A stretch of DNA of 64,000 bases from Callorhinchus milii (Eukaryota), in assembly GCF_018977255.1 (NCBI RefSeq), contig NW_024704742.1, forward strand, positions 69,566,001 to 69,630,000, given 5' to 3'. Positions 22,944 to 35,819 of the stretch are shown here, piece by piece (the first letter of the stretch is position 1; the number at the start of each line of letters is the position of its first letter). Below the pieces are notes generated by a model. The model searched no databases, was not told where the DNA came from, and saw only the letters and a list, made by a program, of their open reading frames with translations. A program made the translations under genes and the position numbers.

Positions 22944-24534
22944 GGACAGTTTCTGTAAAGAGTATGGGGTGAGGACGGGGGGTAAATTGATGCTGTCTCT
23001 TTAGTGCCCAGGGCAGGAAGGTGGGCTGCTTGCTTCCTGCTGGATTGTGAAAATCACTACTGATCTCCACTCAATTAACGTGAACTTATCAGGATCATCA
23101 CCTCCTGCCACTGCTTCCTACTGCCAGACTGATAACAATCCCTGCTTTATAATGCAACAGCTGTAATACTGAAACCAACCCCTCAAAAGACCTTCTGGGG
23201 GCAAACGTCGCAAAATATATCATCACCTCGAAGCCCACGTATAACAGTGAGCACAGCCTTGAATGGGTCCATAACTTGGGTGCAATAACAGCAACAAGGA
23301 CTTGGATTTATATAGCCCCCCTCACGCAGGGCAGAGTCCCAGAGTACCTGACAGGCCTCGATAGAGGATTGTAGAGGAAGTTGGTTGCATGAGTAGGGAG
23401 GTGCCAGGGGATGAATGGATTTGAAGATGTATGAAGGGTGCTAGTATTACAAGCAAGCAAAGTGCTCCAGTGTCACTTTCAGCCTGACCCATTGCACAAT
23501 AGTGATCTGCCAATCGACAAATAACAGGGTTCCCACTTACTGCGCATGGAGTAAGGAAACGTGCCTAAGATTTTGCCCCGCCCAGGAATCGAACCAAGTC
23601 CTCTCGCTTGTGAGGCGAGTGCTTTAGCCACTATACTATTTAAAGACGTAACAAGGCGCTATTACCAAAGCAAGGACGATGATTATTATTGCCATCTCTC
23701 TATGACCCTAAGAGTACAGAGCAGAGGCCTGGGCTTAGTGATCTTAACTTGAGAAGCTGGCACCAAATCAAAGGAACAAATGGCCTCATTGCTAAAATTT
23801 CTATGATTTGACGATAAATGGCTTGCAAACAAAAAAAAAGCACGGAGATACAAAAATAAGTGGCTTCCCATCTCTAGGGCCCAACAGAGTCCTGGGTCAA
23901 TAAAATCTCAGCAGGGCATAAAAATGACCTTTCGGCAATCGCTCAATTTCATTCTGATTCAGCGAATAATAAAACGAGAGAGAAAACAGTTGTAATTTTC
24001 TATGATTGAAGATTAAACAGCTTTTTTTTATTTTGCTGTGGTCAGATATTGATCTCTCGCTGCGTAGCTATGCAGTTCTATCCTCTCTTGCATGTAGGCA
24101 CTTGTTGCGTCCCGCCCGATCAATGAAGCAATTTGCTTTTGGTGTTTTTGTTGCCAAAGGTGCGATGGAGTGAATGAGCACAGACATGAGTCAGCATGTG
24201 TGATAAGCCTCACTTGCATGGGACAGGGGTAATAATTAATAATAGTAACAATAAATACAACAGTCGAACTTCCCATCATAATGTGTTCCGATATATCACA
24301 GGTGTGGTTTATCTCCCGGGTCTGCGTTATATGTGGTAAACTTTTCATTCTTCGGATGAGATGTTAAACCAAGGTCCTGCCTTGTACGTTAAAGATCCCA
24401 CAACACTATTTGCAAATAGAAAGGAGTTTCTTCCACAATCCTGCAAATGAAATTAGTTTTTCATTTCATAGTCATTTGTGGGACATTGGGCAAATTGGCT
24501 GCCGTATTAGCTTACAAAATACACAGATACTTCA

Positions 24535-25947
24535 ATAACAACAACAACTTGGATTTATATAGCACCCTCCACGCTGGACGGCGTCTCAGAGCGCTTCACA
24601 GTAACGGTTCCCGGGGCTGAGCCAGGGGGAGGGGGAGAAAGGAGACCAAAGGCGCAGTCGAAAAGAAAGGTCTTCAGCAGAGACCTGAAAACGGGAAGGG
24701 AGGGAGCGAGGCGAAGGGAGTGAGGAAGGGAGTTCCAAAGCCTCGGGGCATAGTGGCTGAAGACACAGTTGCCAAGAGTGGAACGGAAGAATCGGGGGAC
24801 AAGGAGGAAGCCAGACCCGGAGGAACGAAAGGAACAGGCACTGTTGTGAGGAGAGAGGTCAGAGAGGTCAGGGGTGCAGAGGAGTGGAGGGATTTGAAGA
24901 CAAGGATGAGGATCTTGAAGTCAATTCTCTCTGGGACAGGCAACCAGTGCAGTCTGGCAAGAACTGGGGTAATCCGGGAGCAGAGTTTGGTGTGGGTAAG
25001 AATGTGAGTAGCAGAGTTTTGTATAACCTGGATTTTATGGATAGTAGTGGAGGGGAGACCGGCGAGGAGGGCATTTGAATACTCCAGCCGAGAGGTGACA
25101 AAGGCATGGACTAGGGTTTCAGTGGCTTTTGGAGTGAGGTATTGGCGGAGACGAGCTTTGCTTCGGAGGTGGAAGAAAGCGGTGCTGGTGAGGTACCAGA
25201 TGTGGGGGAGGAAGGATAATTGGGGGTCGAACCTGACGCCGAGGTTGCGTACGGATTCAGAGAGTTTTAGGGGGAGGTCGGGTAGGTGGAGGAGGTGAGA
25301 ACAGTGAGATTTTAGATGTTGACGAGAGCCGAAGAGTATGGCTTCTGTCTTGTCAACGTTCAGCTGAAGGAAATTTGCGCTCATCGAGCCCCTGAGGTCT
25401 GACAGGCAGACAGACAGAACATCAGGGGACTGCGGGTCGCAAAGAGAGGTGGAAAAATAGAGTTGGGTGTCGTCTGCATGGGGAAGTGTACCCCATGTCT
25501 GCGGATGACATCCCCAAGAGGGAGCATATAGATCAGAAAGAGGAGGAGGCCAAGGATGGATCCTTGGGGTACCCCGTAGGTAACCGGGTGAGAGTGGGAG
25601 GAGAAGCCGTTTGTGCAGATGTACTGCTGGTGGTTTGTGAGGTAGGTCTCGAACCAGGCAAGAGCGGTCCCATTGAGGTGGATGATGGAGGAAAGGCGGT
25701 GGAGGAGGATGGTGTGATCATCTGTGTCGAACGCGGCGGAGAGGTCCAGGAGGCAGAGGGAGCCCTGGTCACAGATAGAGAGGATGTCATTTGTGACTTT
25801 CACAAGCGCAGTCTCTGTACTGTGGGCAGCAGGGAAACCAGACTGGAGGGGTTTGAAGAAGGAATGGGTGGAGAGGTGTGCGCGGAGTTTATTTGCAACA
25901 ATGCATTCTAGGACTTTTGCGAGGAAGGGCAGGTTTAAAATAGGGGT
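24535..25947 (-). mobile_element. L2 LINE, 5'-truncated, RT region to 3' end (frameshifted)
   Basis: ORFs KVTNDIL...[13 protein letters not shown]...GVPQGSILG and FLQLNVDKTEAILFG...LHWLPVPERIDFKIL; (GTT)n tail. Confidence 0.95.
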
Positions 25948-26269
25948 TTACAATAAACTTTACAACTTCACAGCTTTACAATGAATCCTGTGAAATGCTT
26001 TGAGACACCTTAATGACGTGAAAGTTGCTGCATCAAATAAAAGGATTCTTAAGATGCAAAGGAAGGGAGTATAAATACAAATTTACATTTCACATTGGGA
26101 GGATGTTTCAAGGCACTGGATACCCAATGGTTTCCACCCAGCTGTGGGCATATGAGGAGTGGGGGGAGATGGCCGAAAGCGCAGTCAAAGAGGAAGGTCT
26201 TGAGATGGACCTTGAAGGGGACAAGGAAAGGACTCAGTTGAAGGGACTCTGGGATGCAGTTCCAGATAA

Positions 26270-26610
26270 CACCAACAACAAAATTACATTTGTATAGCGC
26301 CTTTTACGTCAGGAGAATATCCCAAGGCGCTGGACAATCAGTGTTTCAGACCATGGAGGGCTTTGAAGGTGAGGACCAGGATCTTGAACTGTATCCTCCG
26401 TGTGATGGGAAGCCAGTGGAGTCAGGTTAGGATAGGGGTGATAGGGTCATGGAGCTTGGTGCGGGAGAGGACATCTGCTGGATGATCTGCAACGCCTTGG
26501 GACATTCTCCCTACGTGGAAGGCGCTATACAAATGAAATCTTGTTGTTGTTGTTGTTGTTGCAGCCTATGGAGGGAGGAGTTGGGGAAGTCGACAAGAGA
26601 GGGCTTGAAT
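26270..26610 (-). mobile_element. Rearranged L2 fragments
   Basis: L2 3' tail plus HWLPITRRIQFKILVLTFKALH remnant, with an inserted + strand tail at 26490-26561. Confidence 0.7.
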
Positions 26611-27310
26611 CTCAGCCAAGATTCACTCCAGGAACTGTCGAATACCTGAGAGGGAAACTGTGGGAGGTGAAAACAATGCGTTTACCTCAGATGTGAGAAT
26701 TGTATTTGAGAGTTTTCTAAAACAAAGTGGGACAGCGGGGTCAGGCTGCGTTTCGTTAATGGCGTTCATTAACTCGCCAGATGTTTAGCTGCTAATATAA
26801 AGCTCCAGTCAGCCAGAAGAGGCTGAGTTGTGAAAGCTCCTTGTTCTTCACACAACACTGGGTACGCTTCACCTGCTTCTTTCCCTCCCTTCCATTCCTC
26901 ATTCCCCCACCTGACCCTCCCCTAATACTCTCTGAATTACAATAACAACAACAATTTGTGATTATATGGCACCTGGGGTAGTGTCTCGGCCTGCATGGTC
27001 GAAGAGGAAGGTCTTCAGTCATGATCTAAAAGAGAGCAAGAAGGGGCAAGGCAGAGGGATTGGGGGATAGAGTTCCAATACTTCGGGACATAGTGGCTAA
27101 AAATCAGCCACCAATGGTGGAGTGTAGGGGCAAGGAACAAGCAGGAGGCCAGAGCCAGCCGAGCGAAGGCAGCAGGTGGTGGAGTGCAGAGAAAGCAGGT
27201 CAGAAAGGTAGGGAGGTGCCAAGGTGTGAGTGGAATTTGTAGAAGAGTGAGATAATCTTGAAATTGACCACAATATATATAATTATTAATATATAAATAA
27301 TTATTAATAT

Positions 27311-27632
27311 ATAATAATAATGCTTGCATTTCATATAGTGCCTTATCACATCTTTGAGACATCTCAAGATGCTTCAGGATATACTGTAAAGTGAATTGAC
27401 TGTATATTTTGGTGGCGAAACATGTCAGCCAATTGCACACAGTAGTGTCTCGCAAATAGTCGTGGATTGAAGTGACCAATTTTTTTTAAAGGAATTATAA
27501 CCCCGGAAAAGAGATCCATCAATCAACTAACAACTGGGTTTCTACTTACTGTTTGGTAAACAGAGGCGTGTGGAGCAAGGAAACTTGCCCAACATTTTGC
27601 CCAGTCGGGAATCAACCCAGGTCTCTCGCTTT
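27311..27632 (-). mobile_element. SINE family A
   Basis: Family consensus motifs. Confidence 0.82.
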
Positions 27633-27679
27633 ATACTACATAAATAATAATTGGAAACTAACATAATGTCAAACGCACA

Positions 27680-28385
27680 AGCCAAAGCCTTGGTCAGTCA
27701 GACTGGTCCTAACTGGACAAGCATCAGGGAGCTTGCCAGACAGTGCTCTCAATGTGTGGTTAAACTCCAGCAGTTATCACCCCCTAAACACACACTCTAG
27801 GGTCCCAAAGCCTTGGCTTTTGTCAACCTGGGTCGAATATAGGGGTATATATAGCTAAACATGGTGCGTCTCTCCATGGAGAGAGTGCACATTCTGTTCC
27901 AGACACAGGGAAATTTCCTTGCATACATAAATGGAATTCTCAGTTTGGTTTGGATATGCTGAAGCACGGTGATGGGTTTCCTTTCGATCAGCAGGACTTG
28001 GAAGAGCAGACCAGTCACTGGGGGCAGAGAATCATCCCACTAAGTACCTGTTAATCTTGGGAGCCAGAGGCCTAACAGGTACGGTGGTCCTGGCTGGACA
28101 AGCAGTAGGATAGCTTGCCAGACAGTGCTATCAATGATAAGCTTTGCAGTTTATTTGGTTAGATTCCAGCAGTTACCCCAACGTGCACTCTGGGGTTCCC
28201 AAGCCTCTTGGCAACCTGTGGCTAGTACTTTCAGAACTAGGTAAGCAGGATGTGACCCTCCAGGGAGAGAGCACATTCCCTTCCAACAATCTATCTCTGA
28301 CATTTCCATGTGCAGATGGGATCAATGGAATTCTCAGTTTGATTTGGATACTCTTAAGCATGATGACAGGTTTCTGCATGTGTTG
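27680..28385 (+). repeat. Unclassified family C, two head-to-tail units
   Basis: GGTCCT..CTGGACAAGCA...GCTTGCCAGACAGTGCT...GGAATTCTCAGTTTG.TTTGGATA occurs at ~27704-27980 and again at ~28087-28383. Confidence 0.8.
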
Positions 28386-28451
28386 AATAATATACAGGAC
28401 TACAGTAGTTTCAGAGGGTGATCAGCCATGCTCCATTTGATCTGCCCTGAA

Positions 28452-28720
28452 GGGGTTTAGCTATAATGAGAGGCTGGCTGGACAGGGATTATATTCCTTA
28501 GAGCAGAGGATGTTAAGGGGTGATTGAACTGAAGTATTTAAAATAACAAAGAAGAATTGACAGTTTAGATAGTGGACGACTCTTCCCTCTGGTAGAGGGA
28601 TTCATTACAAAGCGGGCAGAACCTTAAAATCCAAATCAAATGATTAGAGCTGAGGGTTGTCAAGATGTGGAACGCTCTGTTCTAGAAATCAATAGGATGT
28701 TTAAAAGAGAGAAAGACAGA
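28452..28720 (+). mobile_element. CR1 RT C-terminal fragment
   Basis: GFSYNERL...LYSLEQRMLRGD..EVFKI...LFPLVEG remnant. Confidence 0.75.
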
Positions 28721-29002
28721 TGTAATAATAATAATAATGCATGTGTCCATACATCCAAAACTCTGCTCTGCAGTACTTCCCTAAACAAGATGCACACTAT
28801 ACTGAACTCTGCAGTCCATATCCTCCCTCCGAACCAGGCCCTCTGTGAGCCTATAATCCCACCCTTTGACTCCACAGGCTCCCCGTACCCCAGCAGACCG
28901 AGTTCAAGATCTGCATTCTCACCTTCAAAACTTGGTTTGGATTCTCTGAAGCACGGTGATGGGTTTCCTTGTGATTGGCAAGACCTGGAAGGGCAGATCA
29001 GT

Positions 29003-29330
29003 TGTTATGGTTGTTGTTAATGGTGCAGTTATTGTTAATCTTAATGGTGTAGTTGTTGTTGATGTGGTTGTTGTTGTGATTATTGATGTTGATGTACTTT
29101 TTGTTGATATAGTTGTGGTTATTATTGTTGTAATTGTAATTGTTGTTGTGATTTTGGTGTTGTAGTTGTTGTTTCTCTTGTGGTTGTGTTGATGTTATTA
29201 TTGTTGTTGTGGCTGTTGTTGCTGCTGATAATGTTATTGGTGTTGATGTTAAGCGTTCTGAGACACTGTCCCACTGAAGGGCATTATATAATTGCAAGTA
29301 GTTGTTGATGTTGATGTTGTAATTGTTGTT
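29003..29330 (+). repeat. Imperfect (GTT)n microsatellite with an embedded L2 tail
   Basis: GTT/GAT/ATT triplet run; L2 tail at ~29248-29305. Confidence 0.85.
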
Positions 29331-29337
29331 GAATTAC

Positions 29338-29760
29338 AGAAGGATACAGTTCAAGATCCTGGTCCTCAACTTCAAAGCCCTCTATGGTCTTGCTCCCAAC
29401 TACCTCTGTGACCTCCTAACCCCCTACTGTCCTGCCCACTCCCTCCGCTCAGTGGGCTCCAGCCTGCTTCAGGTCCCCCACCTTGCCTGCCTCACCATTG
29501 GCAGGCGGGCCTTCTGCCACTCTGCCCCTACCCTCTGGAATTCCATCCCACAGTCGTACACATCACCCCTCCCTTACCTCCTTCAACACCCATCTCAAGA
29601 CACTCCTCTTCGACCGTACTTTCGATTACCCTCCTTCCCCTCTGCCCTCCACCCTCCCTAATCCCAACGCCCAGTTCGGGTCCGAAGCATTGACTGTCCA
29701 ATGCCTTGGTACGTCCTCCTGATGTGAAAGGCGCTTTACAAATGTTGTCATTGATGTTGC
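29338..29760 (+). mobile_element. L2 LINE 3' fragment
   Basis: RIQFKILVLNFKALYGLAPNYLCDLL...LWNSIP plus 3' tail. Confidence 0.9.
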
Positions 29761-29799
29761 TATTTTTATTGTAGCTGTTTGTTGATGATGTGATGTTAT

Positions 29800-30157
29800 A
29801 ATAATAATAATCGTTGCATTTGATATAGCGCCTTTGAGACATCTCAAAGTGCTTCATAGAATATATTGTAAACTGAATTGATTGTATACTTTGTGGGCGA
29901 AATGCCGTAGCCAATTGCGCACAGCAGTGTCCCACAAGCAGTTATGGATTCAGTGACTAAATTATTATTATTATTTTTTTGAAAAGATTATTACACCCAG
30001 AAAAGTGATCCATCAATCAACGAATAACCACATTCCTACTTATTGCTCGGTGAACAGAGGCATGTGGAGTAAGGAAACTTGCACAACATTTCACCCTGCC
30101 AAGGAATCGAACCCACTCGTTTGTGAGGCGAGTATTCTAACCACTACACTACAGGAC
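29800..30157 (-). mobile_element. SINE family A
   Basis: Family consensus motifs. Confidence 0.85.
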
Positions 30158-30744
30158 GTGTTGTTGTGGTCGTGATTGTTGTTGATGTTGTTATTAATGT
30201 TGTTGTCGCTGTTGGACAGTAAATGTTAGCCAGCTATTTGACATTTCGAGCCTCTCCTTTCCTCCATACTAACCTGTCCATTCCCTCCGCTCACAGTCTT
30301 GAATTCATGCCCTCCTCAAATCCCTGACGAGTGGAAAGAGTGAAGGTGATGGGGCCTCAGTTGATGTCTCATCTGAACGACAATGCAGTCGCTGACAATG
30401 CCGCACCTCCCAGTACTGCACTGGAGTATCAGTCTGCACTATATGAGTTCCAAGTTCCAACTTGGGCCTTGAACTCTTGTGATTGAGAGGCCCATTAATA
30501 ATCACTCATTAACAATATTTGCCTGTGATATTGCGCCTAGAATGTTGAAGCGTCTCAAGGTGCTGTACAGGGATTTCTGTCAAGTATAGTGACTGTGTTT
30601 TAGTAGAAGAACCTTGCGTGTATGTGCGCAATTGGAGTTTTTTCATTAAGTCCTTAATTCTAACTTCTGCATGGTGGAGAACTATAACTGTTGATGTGGA
30701 TGGAGAGAAAAATACAGGCTCAGAGAGAGGGAGGGAGACAGAAG

Positions 30745-31210
30745 AAACAACAACAAAAAGAACAAAAAAAATTACATTTATCTAGTGCCTTTCACCACGG
30801 GAGGACGTCCCAAGGCACTGTATAGGCAGGGAATTGGACCTGAGCAGGGGGTTGGGATCAGGAGGGGTGGAGGCCAGAGAGGGTAGGGGTAGGAAACTGA
30901 CTGAAGAGGAGGGTTTTGAGACGTGCCTTGATGGAGGCAAGGGAGGGAACGAGGTGAATGGACTGTGGGATGGAGTTCCAAAGGATGGGGGCAGAGAGGC
31001 TGAAGGCTTGACCACCGATGGTGAGGCAGGCAGGGTGGGGGACATGGAGCAGGCTGGAACCTGCTGAGCACAGGAAATGGATAGGTTAGTATGGAGTTAG
31101 CAGGTCACAGAGACAGGAAGGAGCAAAGCCATGGAGGGTGTTGAAGGCAAGGATTTTGATCTCTATCCTCTGGGGGATGGGCAGCCAGTCGAGCCAGGTG
31201 AGGTGGTGGA
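30745..31210 (-). mobile_element. L2 LINE 3' fragment
   Basis: WLPIPQRIEIKIL...APSCLCDLL plus L2 tail. Confidence 0.85.
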
Positions 31211-31388
31211 GAAGAGAGTGAGAGAGAGATGAAGAGAGAAAGCAAAGAGAAAGAAAAGCAGAGAAAGAATACAAAAATCTATTGAGGGAGTGAGTGAGTG
31301 AGTGTATTGTCCAAACTCAGTGAATGTATTTGACGACAAAAATCAATGTGATTACATAGAATTAGATAGAACATACAGCACAGAAACA

Positions 31389-32900
31389 ACAACAACAACA
31401 AGTTTCCATTTATCGAGCGCCTTTCACGTCGGGAGGACGTCCCAAGGCGCTGTACAGTTGGGTCAGGACCTGAGCAGGGGGAAAATGGTCAGGGTGAGGG
31501 GAGGGAGGGAGGGAGGGAGGGGGGAAATGGTCAAGGTGAGGGGAGGGAGGGAAGGAGCGAGGGGGGGTAGAGAGTCGAGAGAGGAGCTGAAGGCACGGTC
31601 AAAGAGAAAGGTCTTGAGACCGGCCTTCAAGGAGGAAAGGGAGGAGGCGGCGAAGGCACTGGGGGATGGAGTTCCAGAGCCTCGGGGCTGAGAGGCTGAA
31701 GGCCGGGCCTCCGATGGTAGGGGGGTTGGGGCGGGGGATGTGGAGCAGACAGGAGCCAGAGGAACGGAGGGTACGGGCAGGTAAGTAGGGGGATAGTAAG
31801 TCAGAGAGGTAGGAGGGAGCAAGGCCGTGAATGGCCTTGTAGGTGAGGATGAGGATCTTGAATTCGATCCTCTGGGGGATGGGGAGCCAGTGGAGGCGAG
31901 CGAGGGTGGGAGTGATGTGGTCCCGAAGCCTGGTGCGGGACAGTACATGAGCTGCAGAGCTCTGAATGACCTGCAGTGTGGAGGGAGGGGCCGGGAAGGC
32001 CGGCGAGGAGAGAGTTCCCATAGTCCAGCCTTGAGGTGATAAAGGCGTGGACCAGAGTTTCAGCAGCGTGAGGGGTGAGGTAGTGCCGTAGTCTGGCGAT
32101 GTTCCGGAGGTGATGGAAGGCGGTGCCAGTTGTGGCGCGGATATGAGGGAGAAAGGACAGCTCAGGGTCGAACAGAACACCGAGGTTCCTGATGGCTTTG
32201 AGAGGTGGAGAGTGCAGCCTTGGATGCTGATGCTGTCAGCGCCTGAGGTGCGGAGGCGCTGACGTGAGCTAATCAGGAGGGCCTCAGTTTTGCGCACGTT
32301 GAGCTGAAGAAAGTTGTCTCTCGTCCAGGACTCGATGTCGGACAGGCAGCTGTCAGGACATCGGGGGTCGTGGAGTTGAGGGTAGAGGAGGAAAGGTAGA
32401 GTTGGGTGTCATCCGCATACATGTGGAAGTTAACCCCATGTCTGCGGATGATGTCACCAAGGGGGAGCATATAGAGGGTGAAGAGGAGGGGACCGAGGAC
32501 AGAGCCCTGAGGGACACCGCACGCGACAGTGCGGGGGCTGGAGGAAAAGCCGTTTGTGGAAACAAAGTGAAGACGTTGGGAGAGGTACGACCTAAACCAC
32601 TCAAGGACAGTGCCTTGAAGGTTGAGGTGGGAGGACAAGCGGTGGAGGAGGATAGCGTGGTCGACCGTATTGAATGCTGCCGACAGGTCGAGGAGGCGGA
32701 GGGAGCCCTGGTCGCAGATGGTCAGGATGTCATTGGTGACCTTGACCAGGGCAGTTTCTGTGCTATGGGCAGCACGGAAACCCAACTGAAGGGGTTTGAA
32801 TAATGAATGGGTGGAGAGGAAAGAGCGCAGCTGGGAGGCGACAACTCTTTCAAGGACTTTGGACAGGAAGGGGAGGTTGGAGATGGGCCGGTAGCTTGAT
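31389..32900 (-). mobile_element. Young L2 LINE, 5'-truncated (RT to 3' end), inserted in a CR1 3' UTR
   Basis: [15 protein letters not shown]...LLDLSAAF...[10 protein letters not shown]...YADDTQLY. CpG-rich, so probably young. (GTT)n tail. AGAAACA flanks both ends (31382-31388, 32901-32907). Confidence 0.95.
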
Positions 32901-33483
32901 AGAAACAGGCCATTCGGCTCAACTGATCTATGCCGGTGTTTATGTTCCACATGAGTCTCCTCCTACCCTTCCTCAACTAAGGCTATCAGCATAACCTTCT
33001 CTTTCTTTCTCCCTCATGTACTTATCTAGCTTCCCATTAAATGCATCTATGCTATTTGCCTCAACAACTCCATGTGGTAGCAAGTTCCACATCCCCACCA
33101 CTCTCTGGGTAAAGAAGTTTCTTTTGACTTTACTATTTGATTTATTGGTGACTATTCTATATTTATGGCCCCTGGTTTTGGTCTCCCCCACAAGGGAAAC
33201 ATCTTCTCTATGTCTACTGTATCAAAACCTTTCATAATTTTAAAGCTCTCTATTAGGTCACCCCTTACCCTTCTTTTTTCAAGAGAAAAGAGTCTAAGCT
33301 TGTTCAGCCTTTCCTGATAGATATAACCTTTCAGTTCCGGTATCATCCTTGTAAATCTCCTTTGCACCTTCTCCAGTGCCTCTATATCCTTTCTATAATA
33401 TGGGAACCAGAACTGTGCACAGTACTCCAAGCGTGGTCTAACCAAGGTTCGATATAAGTTTAGCATAATTTCCCTGCTTTTCA
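32901..33483 (-). mobile_element. CR1 LINE 3' fragment (its terminal tail lies at ~31352-31388)
   Basis: LYRTLVRPRLEYCAQFW...; FFTQRVVGMWNLLP...FNGKLDKYM; 3' UTR GAATGGCCTGTTTCT. Confidence 0.92.
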
Positions 33484-33839
33484 TATTAGTTATAAACTGT
33501 GATAATTATCACAGTTGATAATTTTGGGACGCTGCAATTCTCCCCTCCTCCCTCTCCTTTCCCAATCCTTGTTTTTTAAAATGTTCTTTTTATTTACATT
33601 TGCAAAGACCATTCTTCCCTCTCTACTTCTTCTGAACGGTGATATACTTGTAAAAATGTCATATTAAAACGCAATTCCCTTGGGATTCAAAATCCGTCAT
33701 GTAAATTCCGAACCACTTGCATACGAACTGAAATAGAATTTGCAACTTTTTCGGAAACAAGGTTACATTGAGCTGATAACTTTCATTAGTTAACTTAATT
33801 TAAACGTTGTTAAATTTCAAGGTCATCCGGTAACATCAG

Positions 33840-34470
33840 GTATCAGCCTGGCTCAGTCGGTAGCACTATCGTCTATTGAGTCAGGAGGTTGTGTGTTCAA
33901 GCTCACATCTCATAATCCTAAGGTGATGCTCCAGTGCAGTGTTGGGTGGAGGGGGCGGGGGGTTGGGGGAGTCCTGCATTGTCAGAGTCCCCATCCTTTG
34001 GGTGAGATATTTCCAAGCAGGGTGAAACCTTAGGCAAGTTTCCTTACTCCACATGGTTCTGTTTACCGAGCAGCAAGTAGGAACCCAGTTGTTAGTTGAA
34101 CAGTGGATTGTTTTCCTGGGGTAATAATCTCTTGAAAATAAAAAAATAATAATAATTTGGTCACTCAATCCAGAACTGTTTGTGGGACACTGCCATGCAC
34201 AATTGGCTGCTGCATTTCGCCAATAAAATATACCGTCACTACACTTTACAATATATCCCGTGAAGTGCTTTGAGACTCTCAATGACGTGATAAGCGCGAT
34301 ATCAAATACAAGAATTACTATTACATGTTAAACTAAGATCCCGTCTGCGCCTGTTAAGTGGACGTTTAAGATTCCATTGAGCTACTCAAGAAGAGAAAAT
34401 AATTTCTCTCTCCTGGTGTCCTGGCTGACAATCCCCCAGATAAAATTGGACTCCCACTCCATGGCTGCTT
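33840..34470 (+). mobile_element. Deu-domain SINE family B split by a family A copy (~34015-34322)
   Basis: Family B halves join at GGTGAGAT|GTTAAAC. Confidence 0.78.
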
Positions 34471-34807
34471 GTGCACCTCCAACTCTATTGGAATGTCAAC
34501 TTGTGTGAGTTTAATGTCCCAGACATGTATTCTGTGGTTTTGAACCCGCAACCTTCTGATTCAGAGGCAAGCATGCTACTGATTGAGCCAGGTTAACCTA
34601 ATTGGATTGTAACCAAACACAGAAGAGGTAGACAGAAGCTGATTCATATCAGTGGACATAAAGTCCTACCCAAAATGTTGATTTAATCATTTGGATTAGT
34701 TGAAGGGGAGCTGGTTACACAAAACTGTCAGATGCTAAGCATTGGAATGTCCCACATCTAAAATCCTCTTTTATTTCCCAAGCATCCGTGGAGTCAGCGT
34801 AGTATAG

Positions 34808-35412
34808 TTTACATTGCCCGCCTCCGCACGTACCTTACCCCAAACGCAGCCGAAACCCTTGTGCATGCGTTTGTCACCTTCCACCTGGATGACTCAAACG
34901 CAATATTCGTCGGTCTCCCCAGCTCCACTATTCACAAGATCCAGCTCATTCAGAACTCTGCCGCCCACATATTGACCCAAACCAAACTCCGTACCCCCAT
35001 CTCACCAGTTCTGGTCAGGCTCCACTGGCTCCCCATCACCAAACGGATCAATTTCAAGATCCTCACGTTCTTGTTCAAATCTATTCACTCCCTGGCACCT
35101 TCCAGCCTCTCTGATCTCCTCACTTCCCAATCCACCACCTGGCACTGGCCTCCTGCCCGTCCCACGCATTCTCCACCCCACCATCGGAGGTCGTGCTTCA
35201 GCCTCTATGTTCTGAAACTTTGGAACACTGTCCATCAATGCCTCCGTCTTGCCCCTCTTTCCCCTTTTTCAAGTCCCGCCTTAAAGCCTTCCTATTTGAC
35301 TGTGCTTACGGTCACCTCCCCCACACCACCCAGATTGGAGCAAGGCTCCACCACTGTTGAGCACTCTGAGACACTGCCCTGCATGGAGGGCGTTATATAA
35401 GTGCAAGTTGTT
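34808..35412 (+). mobile_element. L2 LINE 3' fragment
   Basis: ETLVHAFVTFHLDDSNA...LHWLPITKRINFKIL; tail ending TGCAAGTTGTT. Confidence 0.9.
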
Positions 35413-35766
35413 ACAGTGGTTAACGCACTCGCCTCACAAGTGAGAGGACTCAGGTTCGATTCTCTGGATGGGGCGAAACCTTAGGCACGTTTTCTTCCTC
35501 CAAATTCCTCGGTTTACCTAGCAGTAAGTAGAAACCCAGTGGTTAGTCAATTGGCAGATCGCTTTCTGGGGGGGAGTAAACCCTTCCCCCAAATAATTGA
35601 TCACTCAGTCCACGACTGACTGTGAGACACCGGTTTGTGCAATTTTGTGTTTCGCCGACAAAATATTCAGTCAATTCACGTGACAGTATATTCTGTGAAG
35701 TGCTTTGAGACATCTCAATGACTGATAAGGTCCTATATCAAATGCAAGGATTATTATTGTTATTAT
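35413..35766 (+). mobile_element. SINE family A
   Basis: Head, CORE-like block, Deu 3' half and tail. Confidence 0.85.
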
Positions 35767-35819
35767 AGCTGAGGTCGTTGGTTATCACTCTGGCTTCAGC
35801 TCTCTTCTCTTGCCATTAA

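Noticed and set aside
28956..29297. Poly-Val / poly-Asn ORFs
   Set aside because: Artefacts of the (GTT)n microsatellite.
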